DNA of 64,000 nucleotides. Source: Octopus sinensis. Taxonomy: Eukaryota. Positions 12,641 through 25,318 of the stretch are shown piece after piece. The translations under genes and the position numbers were made by a program. Below the pieces are notes generated by a model. It did not search any database and was not told where the DNA came from. It saw only the letters and a list, made by a program, of their open reading frames with translations. The DNA lies in assembly GCF_006345805.1 (NCBI RefSeq), contig NC_043002.1, forward strand, positions 105,958,001 to 106,022,000, given 5' to 3'. Position 1 is the stretch's first letter, and each line of letters starts with the position of its first letter.

Positions 12641-13770
12641 TTGGGTCATCCCATAAATAATGCGGTTTTTTCAATTGCATGAACTAAAAGTCGGAGGGAG
12701 ATGAAATAAACTACCTGCATCAATTTGCTATAAAAGCAGGTAGTAATTTTACCTTGTCCTTATTCTTAGTGCAAGATTTGAAGAGTGCAGTTCAATTTTT
12801 TCAATTACTTTTTCAAAACTATAATGGAAGTGACAAAGGAGTATATTCGGCATATTTTGCTTTATGAGTCCAATAAAGGCAACAACGCAACGGAAAGTGC
12901 GAGGAACATTAATGCATTATATTTGGGGATAGGACAATAAGCATAAGCCAGTGTCAACGGTGGTTCCAGAAATTTCTAGCCAGAAAGTATAGCCTAGAAG
13001 ACGAGTCTCGTCCTGGAAGATCTGCTGAGCTCGATGAGGACGTACTGTAAACACTAATGGAACAAAATCCCATCGTAACTGTTGAGGAACTTACAGAGAA
13101 GCTTGGATTTGGTCGTTCAATCATTCATCGACACCTGCGTACCATCGGAAAAGTCGAAAAATTGGGTCAATGGGCTCCTCGCAAACTTTCTGGGTCTAAT
13201 CGCGTGCAGAGAGTGAATGTGTGCTCTTCTTTGCTGTCACGTCTCACGAATGAACCGTTTTTGGATCGAGTAGTGACTTATAAACCCAAACCAAACGATA
13301 ACAAAGCAGATCTACTGTGAACAGCCTGAGCGGCTTAAGTCAGCGCTAGAAGAAAAGCGACCATCTTTGGTTTCATGACGAAACGTGTTCTTCCATCAGG
13401 ATAATGCTCAGCCACATACAGCGAGGTTGACATTCCAAAGGCTGGAGCAGTTTAAATGGGAAACGATGCCCCGCCCACCGTATTCGCTGGACATTGCCCC
13501 CCTCTGATTATCATTTATCCTATAGTTTTCAAAATCATTTGGACGGATAAAAATATGAATTCTGTAGACGAGGTCAGAACAGTACTGGAGGAGTATTTTT
13601 CGTCACGGACAAGTGAATTTTGGGAGAAGTACCTTGCAAGTCTATCAGAGAGATGTTAGAGCTTTGTAGAAAATGAAGGAGAGTATATTTTAGATTAAAA
13701 CGGCACTTTGTTTATCTTAATTTTGAAAAATAAAAGTATAAAAAAACGCATTATTTATGAGATAATCCAA
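12641..13770 (+). mobile_element. Internally deleted mariner transposon (DD34D)
   Basis: TIRs TTGGGTCATCCCATAAATAATGCG and CGCATTATTTATGAGATAATCCAA. Transposase ATG at 12824 (MEVTKEYIRHILLYE), with LGQWAPRKLS, FLDRVVT and FHQDNAQPHT...PPYSLDIAPSDY (34-residue spacing after correcting a +1 base). The region after the first catalytic Asp is deleted. Confidence 0.9.
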
Positions 13771-13779
13771 CACACACAC

Positions 13780-15100
13780 ACACACACACACATACATACA
13801 TACTCGAAGCGACAAGTCGCGTATTTGGCGTGGGAGACTATTCATCGAAAATACGATGATTACTATCTCCAACTTTGGAGCCACAACTCGCATCCTTGTT
13901 AAATAACTGGTTAATCTTCAGGTGAATTAACTGGGGGAGCCTTTTATTCCCGATCGTTGTGGTTTTCGACTGAAACTTGAATTTAGTATGCAGAGAGTTA
14001 CTACAAACAACATGGCTGGACGCAACATCAACAATAACACAATCGTGGAATAGAACGAAAACAACAGCTCAACAGGTAAACAATTTCTTTCTAGCTGTAG
14101 TTATAGAAGAAACCGTAACTACAAAACTCATGTCTCTTGAAGTTACGAAAAAGCGAAACTAAACCCCACTATTGGCTATATGAAACGACTGAAATCATAT
14201 TGGGACGATCTGCATCCAGAATGAAATCATTTTACTGCGAAGCAAACTACGCCAACAAGTAACATTTGTAGAACATAGAAAGAAGGTTAGTAACTGTAAC
14301 TCTATTAAGAAATCGAAAATTAACCTTCTTCCCAACTCTATAAGCAAAAATGAAAACGTGGTTCCGCAGCTAGCGACATTCCAATAGATTCCATAGTGCC
14401 TGCCAGCAAAACTACATTACTGGTTCAAGTAACTGACCACTGTCCCCTGCTACGACTATGGTAAATCGCAGGCACAACCGCAACGATTACTGTAGTAGTA
14501 GTGGCAGTCAGAGTTGTATGCCAGTGAAATGTGCCCTTGCCGAAATTTTCTGAGAAAAAATAACTTTGGCTTTGAAGGACTCTCGAGAGAGAGTATTCTC
14601 TACCAAAGTAAAAAAAAACACCAGATACGGTATTAAAAGCTGTTAACGAAATTGGTGATGAGTATTTACAACAGTGTGATGAACCCACATACTGGCAAAT
14701 TAACCCGTGTCTATATGCTCTAACTACTACTGTAAAACAGTACATGAATGATATTCAAAAGGTAAAAAAAAAATAACAAAGAAAGTACCATCATGGGTTT
14801 TGAAGACAGAGAAAAAGATAACTGGTTTACAGAAGACCATCAGTCATGCAGTCATGTAATGATGTTTTATTGCATGCAAACAAGCAAATCACTATACGTC
14901 CCACCAACAGAAAGTGAAAAAGGAGATAGAAATAATGTTTGGAGACAGAAAAAAAGAGGGCACTCACTTGCAAACTGATTACCCTCAAGCGGGATCTAAA
15001 AGCTGTCAGTGAAAAACTCCGACAGCAGAAGAGAATAACAGAGAAGAACAATAAGCAAAAAATTCAAAGGCATCAGTATACAGACACATGAGAGGAGGAG
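13780..15100 (+). mobile_element. Degenerate 5' ORF fragment of a non-LTR retrotransposon (R4/Dong-like)
   Basis: Decayed translation GYMKRLKSYWDDLHPE...FTAKQLRQQ and ...SVYRHMRG resembles N-terminal regions of R4-type elements; many stops. Confidence 0.4.
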
Positions 15101-15196
15101 CAGTAAACATCACGGAAGCTCCTTCACGAGAAGACATAGACTTTAGCTTTTTTACTATGACAAAAGTCCGGATATTGATCAGACCACGTATACATG

Positions 15197-15257
<61 letters not shown>

Positions 15258-15274
15258 TTGTATATACTGCTGCT

Positions 15275-15450
15275 GTTGCTTAGTCCAGGGTCGAGCCCGT
15301 TCATGAAAACCAGAAAACCTTTAATCAAATGAGTTCTAAACACAACAGCCTGTATTTGTTAAGACGGTGTATCTAGCGATCCATTATCCAATATGCCATT
15401 TTAAAGATTTTAGGGCGTAGTTTAATGGAGATTTGGCTGTTATTTCCAGA
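15275..15450 (+). mobile_element. Dispersed repeat family C (SINE-like), representative copy
   Basis: TGCTTAGTCCAGGGTC...GGAGATTTGGCTGTTATTTC. Related copies at about 32470-32650, 40275-40445, 51430-51580 and 58740-58890. Confidence 0.65.
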
Positions 15451-16343
15451 TTATAGAACCGTAATTAACTCTCCTCTCGGCTCAGCAATTATATATTATG
15501 CTTTCTATAAATTAATTAATCATGTTAATTATTCATTCGCTATTGTTGTATTTCAACGTAATATATAAGAAGGAGGTCATTATAAAAATAGAGTAGCTTA
15601 GTGTGAGATTGAAGGTACGCGGGGATGATTCTTGCATAAAAACAAAATAGTAAAGTCGGTATTCACATATATAATATAGTAGAGCAAGAAATATTAATTA
15701 TCATCATATCATTAATTATAGTTACTGATAAACAGGGCAAATATATAATCTTACTGAAAACTTTTGGTCAGGTAAGACAAGGTAGACAACTCTGGAATGT
15801 GAATTAATTTGAATTATAAGTAGTATGGAGGCATGCAATGGAGAGGCAAGAATGGTGTTCAGCAGAAACGGTGACAACTCCGAACGTGCTTCGATTATTA
15901 TGAGTCTGCAAAATCAGAGATGATCTGATTTGAATAAATGCCGCGACAAGACCAAATGGATAGACAGTCTGTAGAGTACTGGTCGATAATCACTACTATT
16001 AAACCGATGGATAAACAATATCAGTTGAGGGTCGGGTAGTTATTACCACTAGGCCTGTGGCTATGTAGTATCTGTATAAAAGTCGGATACTTAATTAGAC
16101 TGGTAAGGAGATAGTGTCAAACAAAACATGCTTTGTGACATTTAAAATTAAAATTATTGGGAAAAATCAACCAAGGATGTCATCTGCGTGCAAATATTAG
16201 AGTAAGAGTTGCGCTAACATTGTAGATGTTGGGAGAAAATAAATTCTAATTGATTAGAATACAACATTAGTGATGGAAGCGTTCATTATCTCAAATAACT
16301 TATGCTTGCAAAAAGAAATATATATATATATATATATAGATAT

Positions 16344-16388
<45 letters not shown>

Positions 16389-17584
16389 GGGGAGACAATC
16401 CAGAAATTTTAATCAATCGACAGTTAATTCAAGACAAGCAATTCAATCTGTCAACCTCAAACACATAACTTGATCTGCGGTACAATTAATCTTCTTACAT
16501 GACTTTTCGAAGCTTACTTGATTGCTCTGCGACCAATATACCCAATACATTCAATAAGGGTTTCAATGCTGCATTTTATTCACGAAGGACCAGTGACAAC
16601 GTATTTAATATGAACTAGTATAATAAAGGTTCCTGACTTAGTTATTGATGTGTGCTGTATCATTCGTGACCATTACTAATGATATAAAATTTTCCCCGTT
16701 CACCACCACACTCGCAAAAAGAAACAATCTTTCGATTAGTCATGTGTCATCATTATTTCTTAATTGAAACATCTATTAATTGTGACAAATATTATTACGC
16801 CTTGTGTGTGTGTGTGTATGTATGTGTATGTACGTGTATGTGTATGTACGTGTGTGTGTACACGGTAGCTAGATAGTTGATTGTGTATGTTATGTGTACG
16901 CATATATAGATTTTACAAGTATTCATACAAACATACAATACAAACACACACACACGCACACATACACTCACACGCACGCACACACACTCACACACACACA
17001 CACACATACACACACACACACACATACACACATGTATGCATGTATGATATGTACCCGTTGGTTTTAATAAGCGAGAGAAAAAGTACTCAGTCCGATAGTA
17101 GAGTGCAACAGTTTATTTCGAGCGGTCCCGAGCAAAAGGCCACTTGATCGATAAACAACAATTGAAATATTTCACTGATTTATCAAACCAGAAAGCATGA
17201 AAGGTGAAGCAGTAATTGAACACAAAAAAGGGCGTAACTATCATAGGGCGGAGCTACCATAAGGGGATGTGATTATCCGTAAAGGGGCGTGATTTTTGTA
17301 GAGTGGGAGTGGCTATATGACAATGGATTTTGTCCGGTACTCTAACCATTCTACCTCATTCACTCTCTTCTAATTTCGCTACACGGACATATATTTGGGG
17401 TGGGTATAAATCGACATCAGTATTTGACTGGTTGTAATTATTGAAGTCAGTCTAATCCACTTACACCCTATGGTACTTAGTACCGAGGCTGATTTAATCC
17501 ACTTTGTCTCATTCTTTAAGATGTGTGTTGCTTTGGTGTCATGGTAGATACCATGTGGCCGACATATGAAAAAGAATATACTTT

Positions 17585-18497
17585 TCTACTCTAGGCCCGA
17601 AATTTTGGGGAAAGGGGCCAGTCGATTAGATCGACCCAGTACGCAACTGGTACTTAATTTATCGACCTCAAGAGGACATATGAAAAAGAAAAGCCACTAC
17701 ACGGTCACCTGGCTTGTCAGAAACAGCAGTCAAATCTTCATCAAAATCACCCCTTTCTATTTTCAAGAGTCACCGTATATGTCGTTCAAGATAAATAGAA
17801 TCTAAATATTAAAAAAAAAGTGGGGCGATGTTTCGCTCGACAAGCGAAACATCGCCAAAAGTGGTGTGGGTCAAGACCGGAACGTTTTTTATCATATGCT
17901 TGCTGGATTTCTGGCTGAGCACTCATCAATAACAGCAATAAAATAAATCAATAATGTTAATATTATCGGAAGTCTGATAGAAACACGCCCTACTTTGCAT
18001 TTCATAATGACATGTTGATGCTCACATATTTAATATTAACACAAAATGACATCTCATCAACATGAAACGAACAAAACGTTACTATACTATCCTTCCCTCA
18101 ATCTTTCTGTACCTGTTATATTTTTCTTTCCGCTCTTGATGTTATTATTATTATTAAGTCGGCGAGCTGGCAGAATCGAGCTGGCACGACGAGTAAAATG
18201 CTTAGCGGCATTTCGTCCGTCGCTACGTTCTGAGTTCAAATTCCGCCGAGATCGACCTTGTCTTTTATCCTTTCAGAGTCGATAAATTAAGTACCAGTGA
18301 AACACTGGAGTCGATGTAATCGATTAGTCCCTCCCCCACCCCCACAATTTCAGGCCTTGTGCATATTGCAGAAAGGATTATTATTTTTAAGGCAGCGAGT
18401 TGGCTCGCCGAACAAAATATTTATCGGCATTTTATCCGTCTTTACAATCTGAGTTCAAATTCCACCGAGGTCGACTTTGTCTTTCGTCCTTTCAGGG
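17585..18497. mobile_element. Cluster of SINE family B copies (minus 17585-17680; plus 18160-18370 and 18388-18497)
   Basis: Head GGCGAGCTGGCAGAATCG, B box GAGTTCAAATTCCGCCGAG and body TCATCCTTTCxGGGTCGATAAATTAAGTACCAG, repeated throughout the window. Confidence 0.85.
17824..17856. mobile_element. 33-bp micro-MITE: 14-bp perfect TIRs, 5-nt spacer, 8-bp TSD
   Basis: AAAAGTGG [GGCGATGTTTCGCT cgaca AGCGAAACATCGCC] AAAAGTGG, with direct repeats at 17816-17823 and 17857-17864. Confidence 0.7.
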
Positions 18498-18906
18498 ATT
18501 CCTTGTCAATTCCTTGCATTTTTTTTTAGATAGGATAGAATGAAGCACAGAAATGAGGTAAACCAAAGAACTGGTGAAGGACTCTTTTTTTAACTGGGGA
18601 CCAGCTCTTTTTCATAAAGCGTTGATTTACCTCGTATCAAAGAAGTAGAGACTGTGTGAGCATGGGCTACAGTTGCGATGCCAATGCCATTACTACAGTC
18701 AAAAACACTTTTTACCCCTGCAGGAGTAATTACTGTAAGTATGGGGATCACTACATGACAGAGAGAGAGGAAGTGGGATGGACGTAGGGGGAGAGGGAAG
18801 GGAGAGAGAGAGAGAGAGCTTATTTCTAAATGCTCTGTAAACATACATGCACAATATACATACCTTTGCCGCTTGAAGTGGCAATTATTTTCGCGAAAAA
18901 AATTAC

Positions 18907-18941
<35 letters not shown>

Positions 18942-19019
18942 GGCTGCCTCTCGTTATCGAGTATGGCCATTGCACGAAGCTTAATCAATGTTGTTATCGT
19001 GCAATGCCTGTGCAAGAAG

Positions 19020-19490
19020 ATTTTTTTTTAAGTGAGTAAAGGCTGTGCACTGAGTCAATCCCACTCACTAAGCAACAGCAGCCATAATCCGAAAAGAAGA
19101 ACAAGTCAACATCATCGGTAAACACTGAGCCGCAGGTTTTATGTCGGAGTTATTCCAGTTACCTGAGTTACCTTCTCCTAGAAGGATGCCCTAACAAAGG
19201 CTAGGAGTCTTTCACTCCCAATGGTTTAACCGCGCGATCGGGTATTCAGTCCAATTATTTCTATGTCCCCGCGCATGATACAGCCTTAAGACATTTATTG
19301 GATGGCCGTTGACTCTCAAGAGTTCCTCCGCCTTTTGACGTGACGGGTTTTGTTTTTCATCCCGCAGGGTGTCCAATAAACACCCTCCTCACCAAGCAAG
19401 CTTGGTGGGGTTACCGGTTTAGTCGCCGACGACCCGACCATGCAACAGGTTGTACTGGGTTACATGTTACCAGTAGTACTCGAAAGTGAC

Positions 19491-19493
<3 letters not shown>
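19020..19493 (-). mobile_element. Short (about 470 bp) non-autonomous retroelement, RTE-like 5' region with A-rich 3' end
   Basis: GC-rich island that retains CpG. The minus strand contains GTCGTCGGCGACTAA near its 5' end and CTAGGAGAAGG internally, and ends in TACTCACTTAAAAAAAA. Confidence 0.45.
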
Positions 19494-19562
<69 letters not shown>

Positions 19563-19845
19563 ATACATACATATACATACATGCATACATATACATACAT
19601 GCATACATATACATACATGCATACATATACATACATGCATACATATATACATATATATATACATATATATATACACATATACATATATACATATACATAT
19701 ATACATATACATATATACATATACATATATACATATATATACATATATATACATATATATATACATATATATATACATATATAAAGAGAGATGTACATAC
19801 ATATACATACATACATACACACACACACACATATATATATATACA
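19494..19845. repeat. Compound (TA)n/(TACA)n microsatellite
   Basis: Visible directly; it generates the long Y/I/H/M/C ORFs in the supplied track. Confidence 0.95.
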
Positions 19846-19850
19846 TGCAT

Positions 19851-20039
19851 TTAGGCGAAAGCGTTGCTGTGTGGTAAGAAGTTTGCTTCCCAAACACATG
19901 GCTCTGGGTTCAGTTCCACTGCGTAGTACCTTAGGCGGGTGTCTTCTACTAGTGCGTCGAAGCAACAAAAGTTTTGTGAGCGGATTTGGTAGATGGAAAC
20001 TGAAAGACGCCCGTCATGTATATATATATGTATATATAT

Positions 20040-20073
<34 letters not shown>

Positions 20074-20308
20074 CGTACCTGTATCTATGCGTGTCAGTCT
20101 CTATATGTTTATCCCCTGTAACCGCTTGACAACTGTTGTTGGTTTGTTTGCGCCCCGGTAACTTTGTGGTTCGGCATAAGTGACCGATAGAATAAGTACC
20201 AGTCATTAAAAAAAAGTACTGGCATCGATTCATTCGACTTAAAATTCTTCAAGGCGATGCCTCAGCATGGCTGCAGTCCAATAACTGAAGCAAGTAAAAG
20301 ATAAAAGA
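19851..20308 (+). mobile_element. SINE family A, full length with internal (TA)n
   Basis: Head TTGCTGTGTGGTAAGAAGTTTGCTTCCCAA, body, microsatellite and tail GCAAGTAAAAGATAAAAGA. Confidence 0.85.
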
Positions 20309-20506
20309 CACACACACAAATATATATATATACATATACATATACATACACCCACACACATTATGGTATTACATTGCGCATAGCTGTTTATATTAATATA
20401 TATATATATATATATATTTAAATATTATTTTTTAGGGAATAAAAATTCAGGCAAAACAGAGGTTCAAATTATTCTCAATGAAGAAATATATTTTAATTTA
20501 GAGATA

Positions 20507-21448
20507 AGTAGGCCCCTACATCTCACCATATAAAAATAATTTTTATTTTTATTTTAAATACCTACTGTTTTATTATTTGGCAACACGTGTTTCATGAGGT
20601 ACATCCTCGGGATCCTAAACCACCCCGTGTTTTCCTGGAACCCTACTTAAAATGTCACCCCAATCATCATGCCCTTATATCACTTTATCAACGTTCAATA
20701 CAATAAACTATATTTTAATTTTTAAAGCCCTTAAGCAGTATGTTTAAATTAGTTTCGCTGGACCCTACAGTACGAGCCATAATTCAGATAAAAATTCAAA
20801 TAAAAAGTTACAAAAATAAAAGTTACACAAATAAAGTAAGGAATAAAAAAGCTAAAAAAAAATATACGAAAATTTATAAAAACTATGTTAGTAATATATA
20901 GTGCTCCAAATAAAATTAAATTTACAAAAGCTGTTAGTAATATATAAAAAAATATTTTTAAAATGTGAATAAAAATAAAAGGAATGGCAAGAAAAAATAT
21001 ATACGAATAAAAATAAAAGGGATGGCAAGGAAAATATACACGAATAGAAATTCATAAACATGGAGGCAATGACGAAAGGATAATTTCGAATAAAAGCTAT
21101 AGTTTCAATTGCGAACAGCAAAATTCCCAAGTAATATGAATGGTAACTTATAAAAATTTACAAGTAATACGAATTGTAACTTATAAAAATTTACAAAGTA
21201 AAATAAAATAAAATAAAAATAACTTGATGGTAACGTAAAGGAAATATACAATTCACCGAAGGCTCCTTTATCCTACAACGTCTTAATTATGGCTTGACAT
21301 TGCAAAGTCCAGCGAAGAACTCACACCCTCTTTCCTGCTACTTTAAACTATTATTAATTAACATATTGTCTAAATAGTAAAACATGGTTCACGAAACTTC
21401 AAAAATAAAAATAAAAATTCTTTTTATATGGTGAGATGTAGGGGCCTA

Positions 21449-21450
<2 letters not shown>
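20507..21450. mobile_element. Fold-back-like non-autonomous DNA element with TIRs of about 50 bp and internal tandem repeats
   Basis: AGTAGGCCCCTACATCTCACCATATAAAAATAATTTTTATTTTTATTTT at 20507 and its near-perfect reverse complement ending at 21450. Internal repeats of about 37 bp (about 20968-21050) and about 33 bp (about 21131-21200). No clear TSD. Confidence 0.65.
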
Positions 21451-21505
<55 letters not shown>

Positions 21506-21620
21506 TATATATATATATATATTTATTACTTGAATGCTCGCGCCTTAAATTAAAGCAATAACTTGGTTTAAATAATGATTTCTAATTTGAATTTTCCCCC
21601 TATTTCCTTCTTCTCTCCAG

Positions 21621-21705
21621 AGGATTCGGTTTTGTTACCTTTCGTGATCCTGCAAGTGTAGAAAAAGTACTGGCAAACGGACCACACGACTTGGATTCCA
21701 AGACG
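21621..21705 (+). CDS. msi: Musashi-family RNA-binding protein, RRM1 exon (RNP1 to end of RRM1)
   Basis: 85-nt exon with acceptor tttccttcttctctccAG and donor GTaaat. After one carried-over base it encodes [28 protein letters not shown], matching Musashi RRM1 (human MSI1 [29 protein letters not shown]). Confidence 0.95.
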
Positions 21706-24063
21706 GTAAATATACATTCTTATAATCTTTTTGACATACTTAGATATGTGTGCCTCTTGACGGTTTTGTATTTTCATGCATTTCTCTGTAGCAGAGGTAG
21801 AACTTCAAACTGCTAAAGGCGTATTGTAAATACGTATAGACCCTTTAAGGTCACATCTGGCAGAGAAAAATAATAAACCTTTAATTTTTACAACTTCACA
21901 TATGATACTTAACCTTTGTTTGTACAGTGAGATTACAATTACTACTATTTGAGTTAGAGTTCTACGTATATTGTCATTATCCAGTAGGCTTTTAATATAG
22001 TGGTTAGTCGCTCACTGTACTTAGCAGTGATACTAATTATGATATTCAGAGCATACGCAGTGAAAATTAAGATAAACACCAGTATAAATATTTAGTTCCT
22101 ATGTACGCAATGGTGAAACGTACGTAGGAACAAAATATTATACTGGTGTTTATCTTAATTTCTATGTTACTTATATTAATTGCTCTGCTTTTGCTTGAAA
22201 GACTTAACCTCTTTTCTCCATGTGGTTCGGCTGGAAATTACAATATAGGCGAGGTGTTTCCTTCCTAGTCTCTTATGCCGTAACATTAGCACATTCCGTG
22301 TCTTCGTGTAAGTGTGTGTGCGCGCCTGCGCATGTGTGTGTTTATGTAGATGCAGTACAGCCAAAAGGTTAGGAAGCTCGCTTCGTAATCACAAGATTTC
22401 GGCTTTAATACTTCTCTGTAGCATATTGATCTTGGGTCTTTTACTATAAGTTTCAGATCAACCAAAGCCTAGTAAATGAAACAGGGTATATGCAATATAT
22501 GCAATCAATTTGGAAATCCGTTGAATACACTGTGACTCGTACTTTGAAGGGCCAGCCATGGGCACAGTGTGCCACGCTGGCTCCACCTCGTAGTTACGTT
22601 TATAGGACACGCGTCCAACCACTAACGCAGTAGTTCAATGTGCAAGAACTTTAGTTAATCGAAAAGAGTGAATATTACTTATTGAAATCAATAGAACTCT
22701 ATTTATGTGTGTGTATATAAGTGCAAGCAAGATTTAGTCTTTTAGTTTTGCTTGCGATATTGAAGTCCTAGGTTCGATACCGCTACGTGACATCTTGTGT
22801 AAGTAGCTCTTATCATAGCCTCGTGAGTGAAACCAGGTGAACGGAAACTATGAGAAAGCCCGTTGGACAGTAGCTATTAGTAAAATTTCAACCTTATCAC
22901 ACATCTGACTCATCCTGGGAATTACGTTAAGAGTTCACGCGTACGTAATTCATCAAACAATTGGAACATTCGTCATCGAAATCAGTGAAGGAACTATTGA
23001 CTATTTATAGAATATATTTTATATAAGTATATGAGCATGTATGTATATGCCTACAAAATACGTATGTGTGTGTGTTGACGTAGCATGGCCAAATAATTTA
23101 GAATTTTCCATTATAATCACTAAATCCTGGGTTCGAGCATTTTGAGTAAGGATCTTTTACCATCGCCTCGGTTGGACCCCACTTTCTGAGTTAAACTGGG
23201 TTAATAGAAATTGTATGGAAGTATGTCGGATGGACTGCTGTAATTTAAAGGACCAGTCTTATCACACTGTGTCACGCTATATCCACCTGACAATTACATC
23301 AGACACACGCATCTGTGGAATACTCACCCACTTACACGCTAATTCAGTGAACATTTAGTTCAATTGATCGAACATCCAGAATAACATCGTCGAAACCGTA
23401 CGAGAATCTATTTAGATATGTGATTGTGCATGTGTGTGTATGTACACATACACATACGCATACACACACACACACACATGTATGTATGTATGTATGTATG
23501 TATGTATTATACATAGCGGTTCTGCAAAAGGGATGACTGAATACGCACCAGGCTTTAAAAATAAATACTGTCGAGTTGTTCGACTGAACTCTCCAAGACG
23601 ATGCTCCAGCATGGCCGCAGTCCAATGACTGAAACACGAAAAAGATAAAGTTGTGGTGTGCGTGAGAGAGAGAGAGAGAGGGGGACAGCGAATTTGTCCC
23701 AACTCTCTGGGGCTAATTTTACCATTATCTTTGTGGGGGTGGATAAAAATGAAAACTCAAGGGATCTAGTGTAGTGGCTTGATGGAAATGGGAAAAGCAT
23801 CGGAGCGATGCATTGCGGTATTTGTACCGACCATGTGTTCTGAGAACAACGTATGCAACGACACTGGCTCCAGCCACATTGGCATCTCCTTTCCCTTGGA
23901 ATGATATCTATAGTGTGGAGAAGGGTGAGAAGGGTAACTTGCATGCATAGGCCACAGCTAATCTTCTAAAAGAAAAAAAGTTTGGTGGGCTGGTGCAAAA
24001 ATATGGTCAATAGAAGCTTGTTATAATGCGTGTATAGATATGTACACATCCAATATTTATGCA

Positions 24064-24469
24064 TAGACGCAGGCGTGATTGTGTGGTAAGAAGCTTGCTT
24101 CCCCAACCACATAGACCCGGATTCAGTCCTACTGCGTGGCACCTTGGGCAAGTGTCTTCTACTACAACCACGAGTCGACCAAAGCCTTGTGAGTAGATTT
24201 GGTAGACGGTCACTGAAAGAAACCCGTCGTTTATGTGTGTGTGTGTGAGAGAGAGAGAGTATTTGTCTTCCACCACCATCACCATCGCTTGACAGCGACG
24301 GTGTGTTTACGTTCCCATAACTTAACGGTTCGTTAAAAGAGACCGAAAGAATAAGTACTAGGCTTACAAAGAATAAGTCCTGGGGTCGATTTCTTTGACT
24401 AAAACACTTTAGAGCGATGCTCCAGCATGGCCATGGTCTGACTGAAACGAGTAAAAGAATAAAAGAATA
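24064..24469 (+). mobile_element. SINE family A, full length
   Basis: GATTGTGTGGTAAGAAGCTTGCTTCCCCAACCAC...GCACCTTGGGCAAGTGTCTTC, an internal microsatellite and a tail ending GAGTAAAAGAATAAAAGAAT. Confidence 0.88.
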
Positions 24470-25275
24470 CAAGCGGTGACTCCAGGTCTTCAGCATCACT
24501 CGGACTCATTACAGTTTTCGTCACTCGGGCTCATCACAGATTTTGCATAAAACACATGCCTGCTCGAAGAATTCCACGTTTTTCCGCTTAGTTTCTAGCC
24601 CCAAATGGCTTTTTTTATATACCTAGCACACTATGTCTTTCTCTATTTCTAATTTAAGGGTAAAAATGAAACAACCCTACAAAACACAGCTGATCTTTGC
24701 ACACACACGCACAGAATAACAGCAATCAAATAACGACAGCGGATTGCATAACTGACACCAGTGATCTGACTACTCTTGACAAGAGATGTCAGTTAGTCTT
24801 TTACACCTACCAGATTCGTTCGTATTAGCCCGGGTTGCTGGACAATTTATCGTTCCTTTAAGATTATTGTAGAACGGAAACTTTTCATAAATTGAAAGTT
24901 AAATCTTAATCTCTACAGAAATTTAATGTTTCAAGAAAACTTTGAATTTGAATTATTTTCAATTTTTACGATTATAGATAACAACTCGGGCTGTAACTTT
25001 TGAACCCGAGTCAGGCGCGTATGAACGATATCGAGAGAACACCTGCTATGAATGATATTTTTTTATACAGGCACCTCTAAGACGACCACCAGACGCTAAA
25101 CGAAAATATATGAACTGCGACCAGGCTTTATAAAAGGAGCCCGAGTTATTAGTTGCAGATACATACTTGAAGTTACTGTTGGCAGAAATTAAATCTGTTT
25201 GCAAATACACGTTCACTTTACTAAATTTATACTCGGGCTAAGCCCGAACAGCCCGAGTTGCCACTGATATATATA

Positions 25276-25318
<43 letters not shown>

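Noticed and set aside
19411-19968. Long ORFs (up to 185 aa) rich in Y/I/H/M/C/V here and at many other positions
   Set aside because: They are translations of (TA)n, (CA)n and (TACA)n microsatellites and SINE bodies, not genes.
20211-20224. 14-nt identity (AAAAAGTACTGGCA) between a SINE tail and the msi exon at 21662-21675
   Set aside because: Same strand, low complexity and short; consistent with chance and not an editing-complementary sequence.
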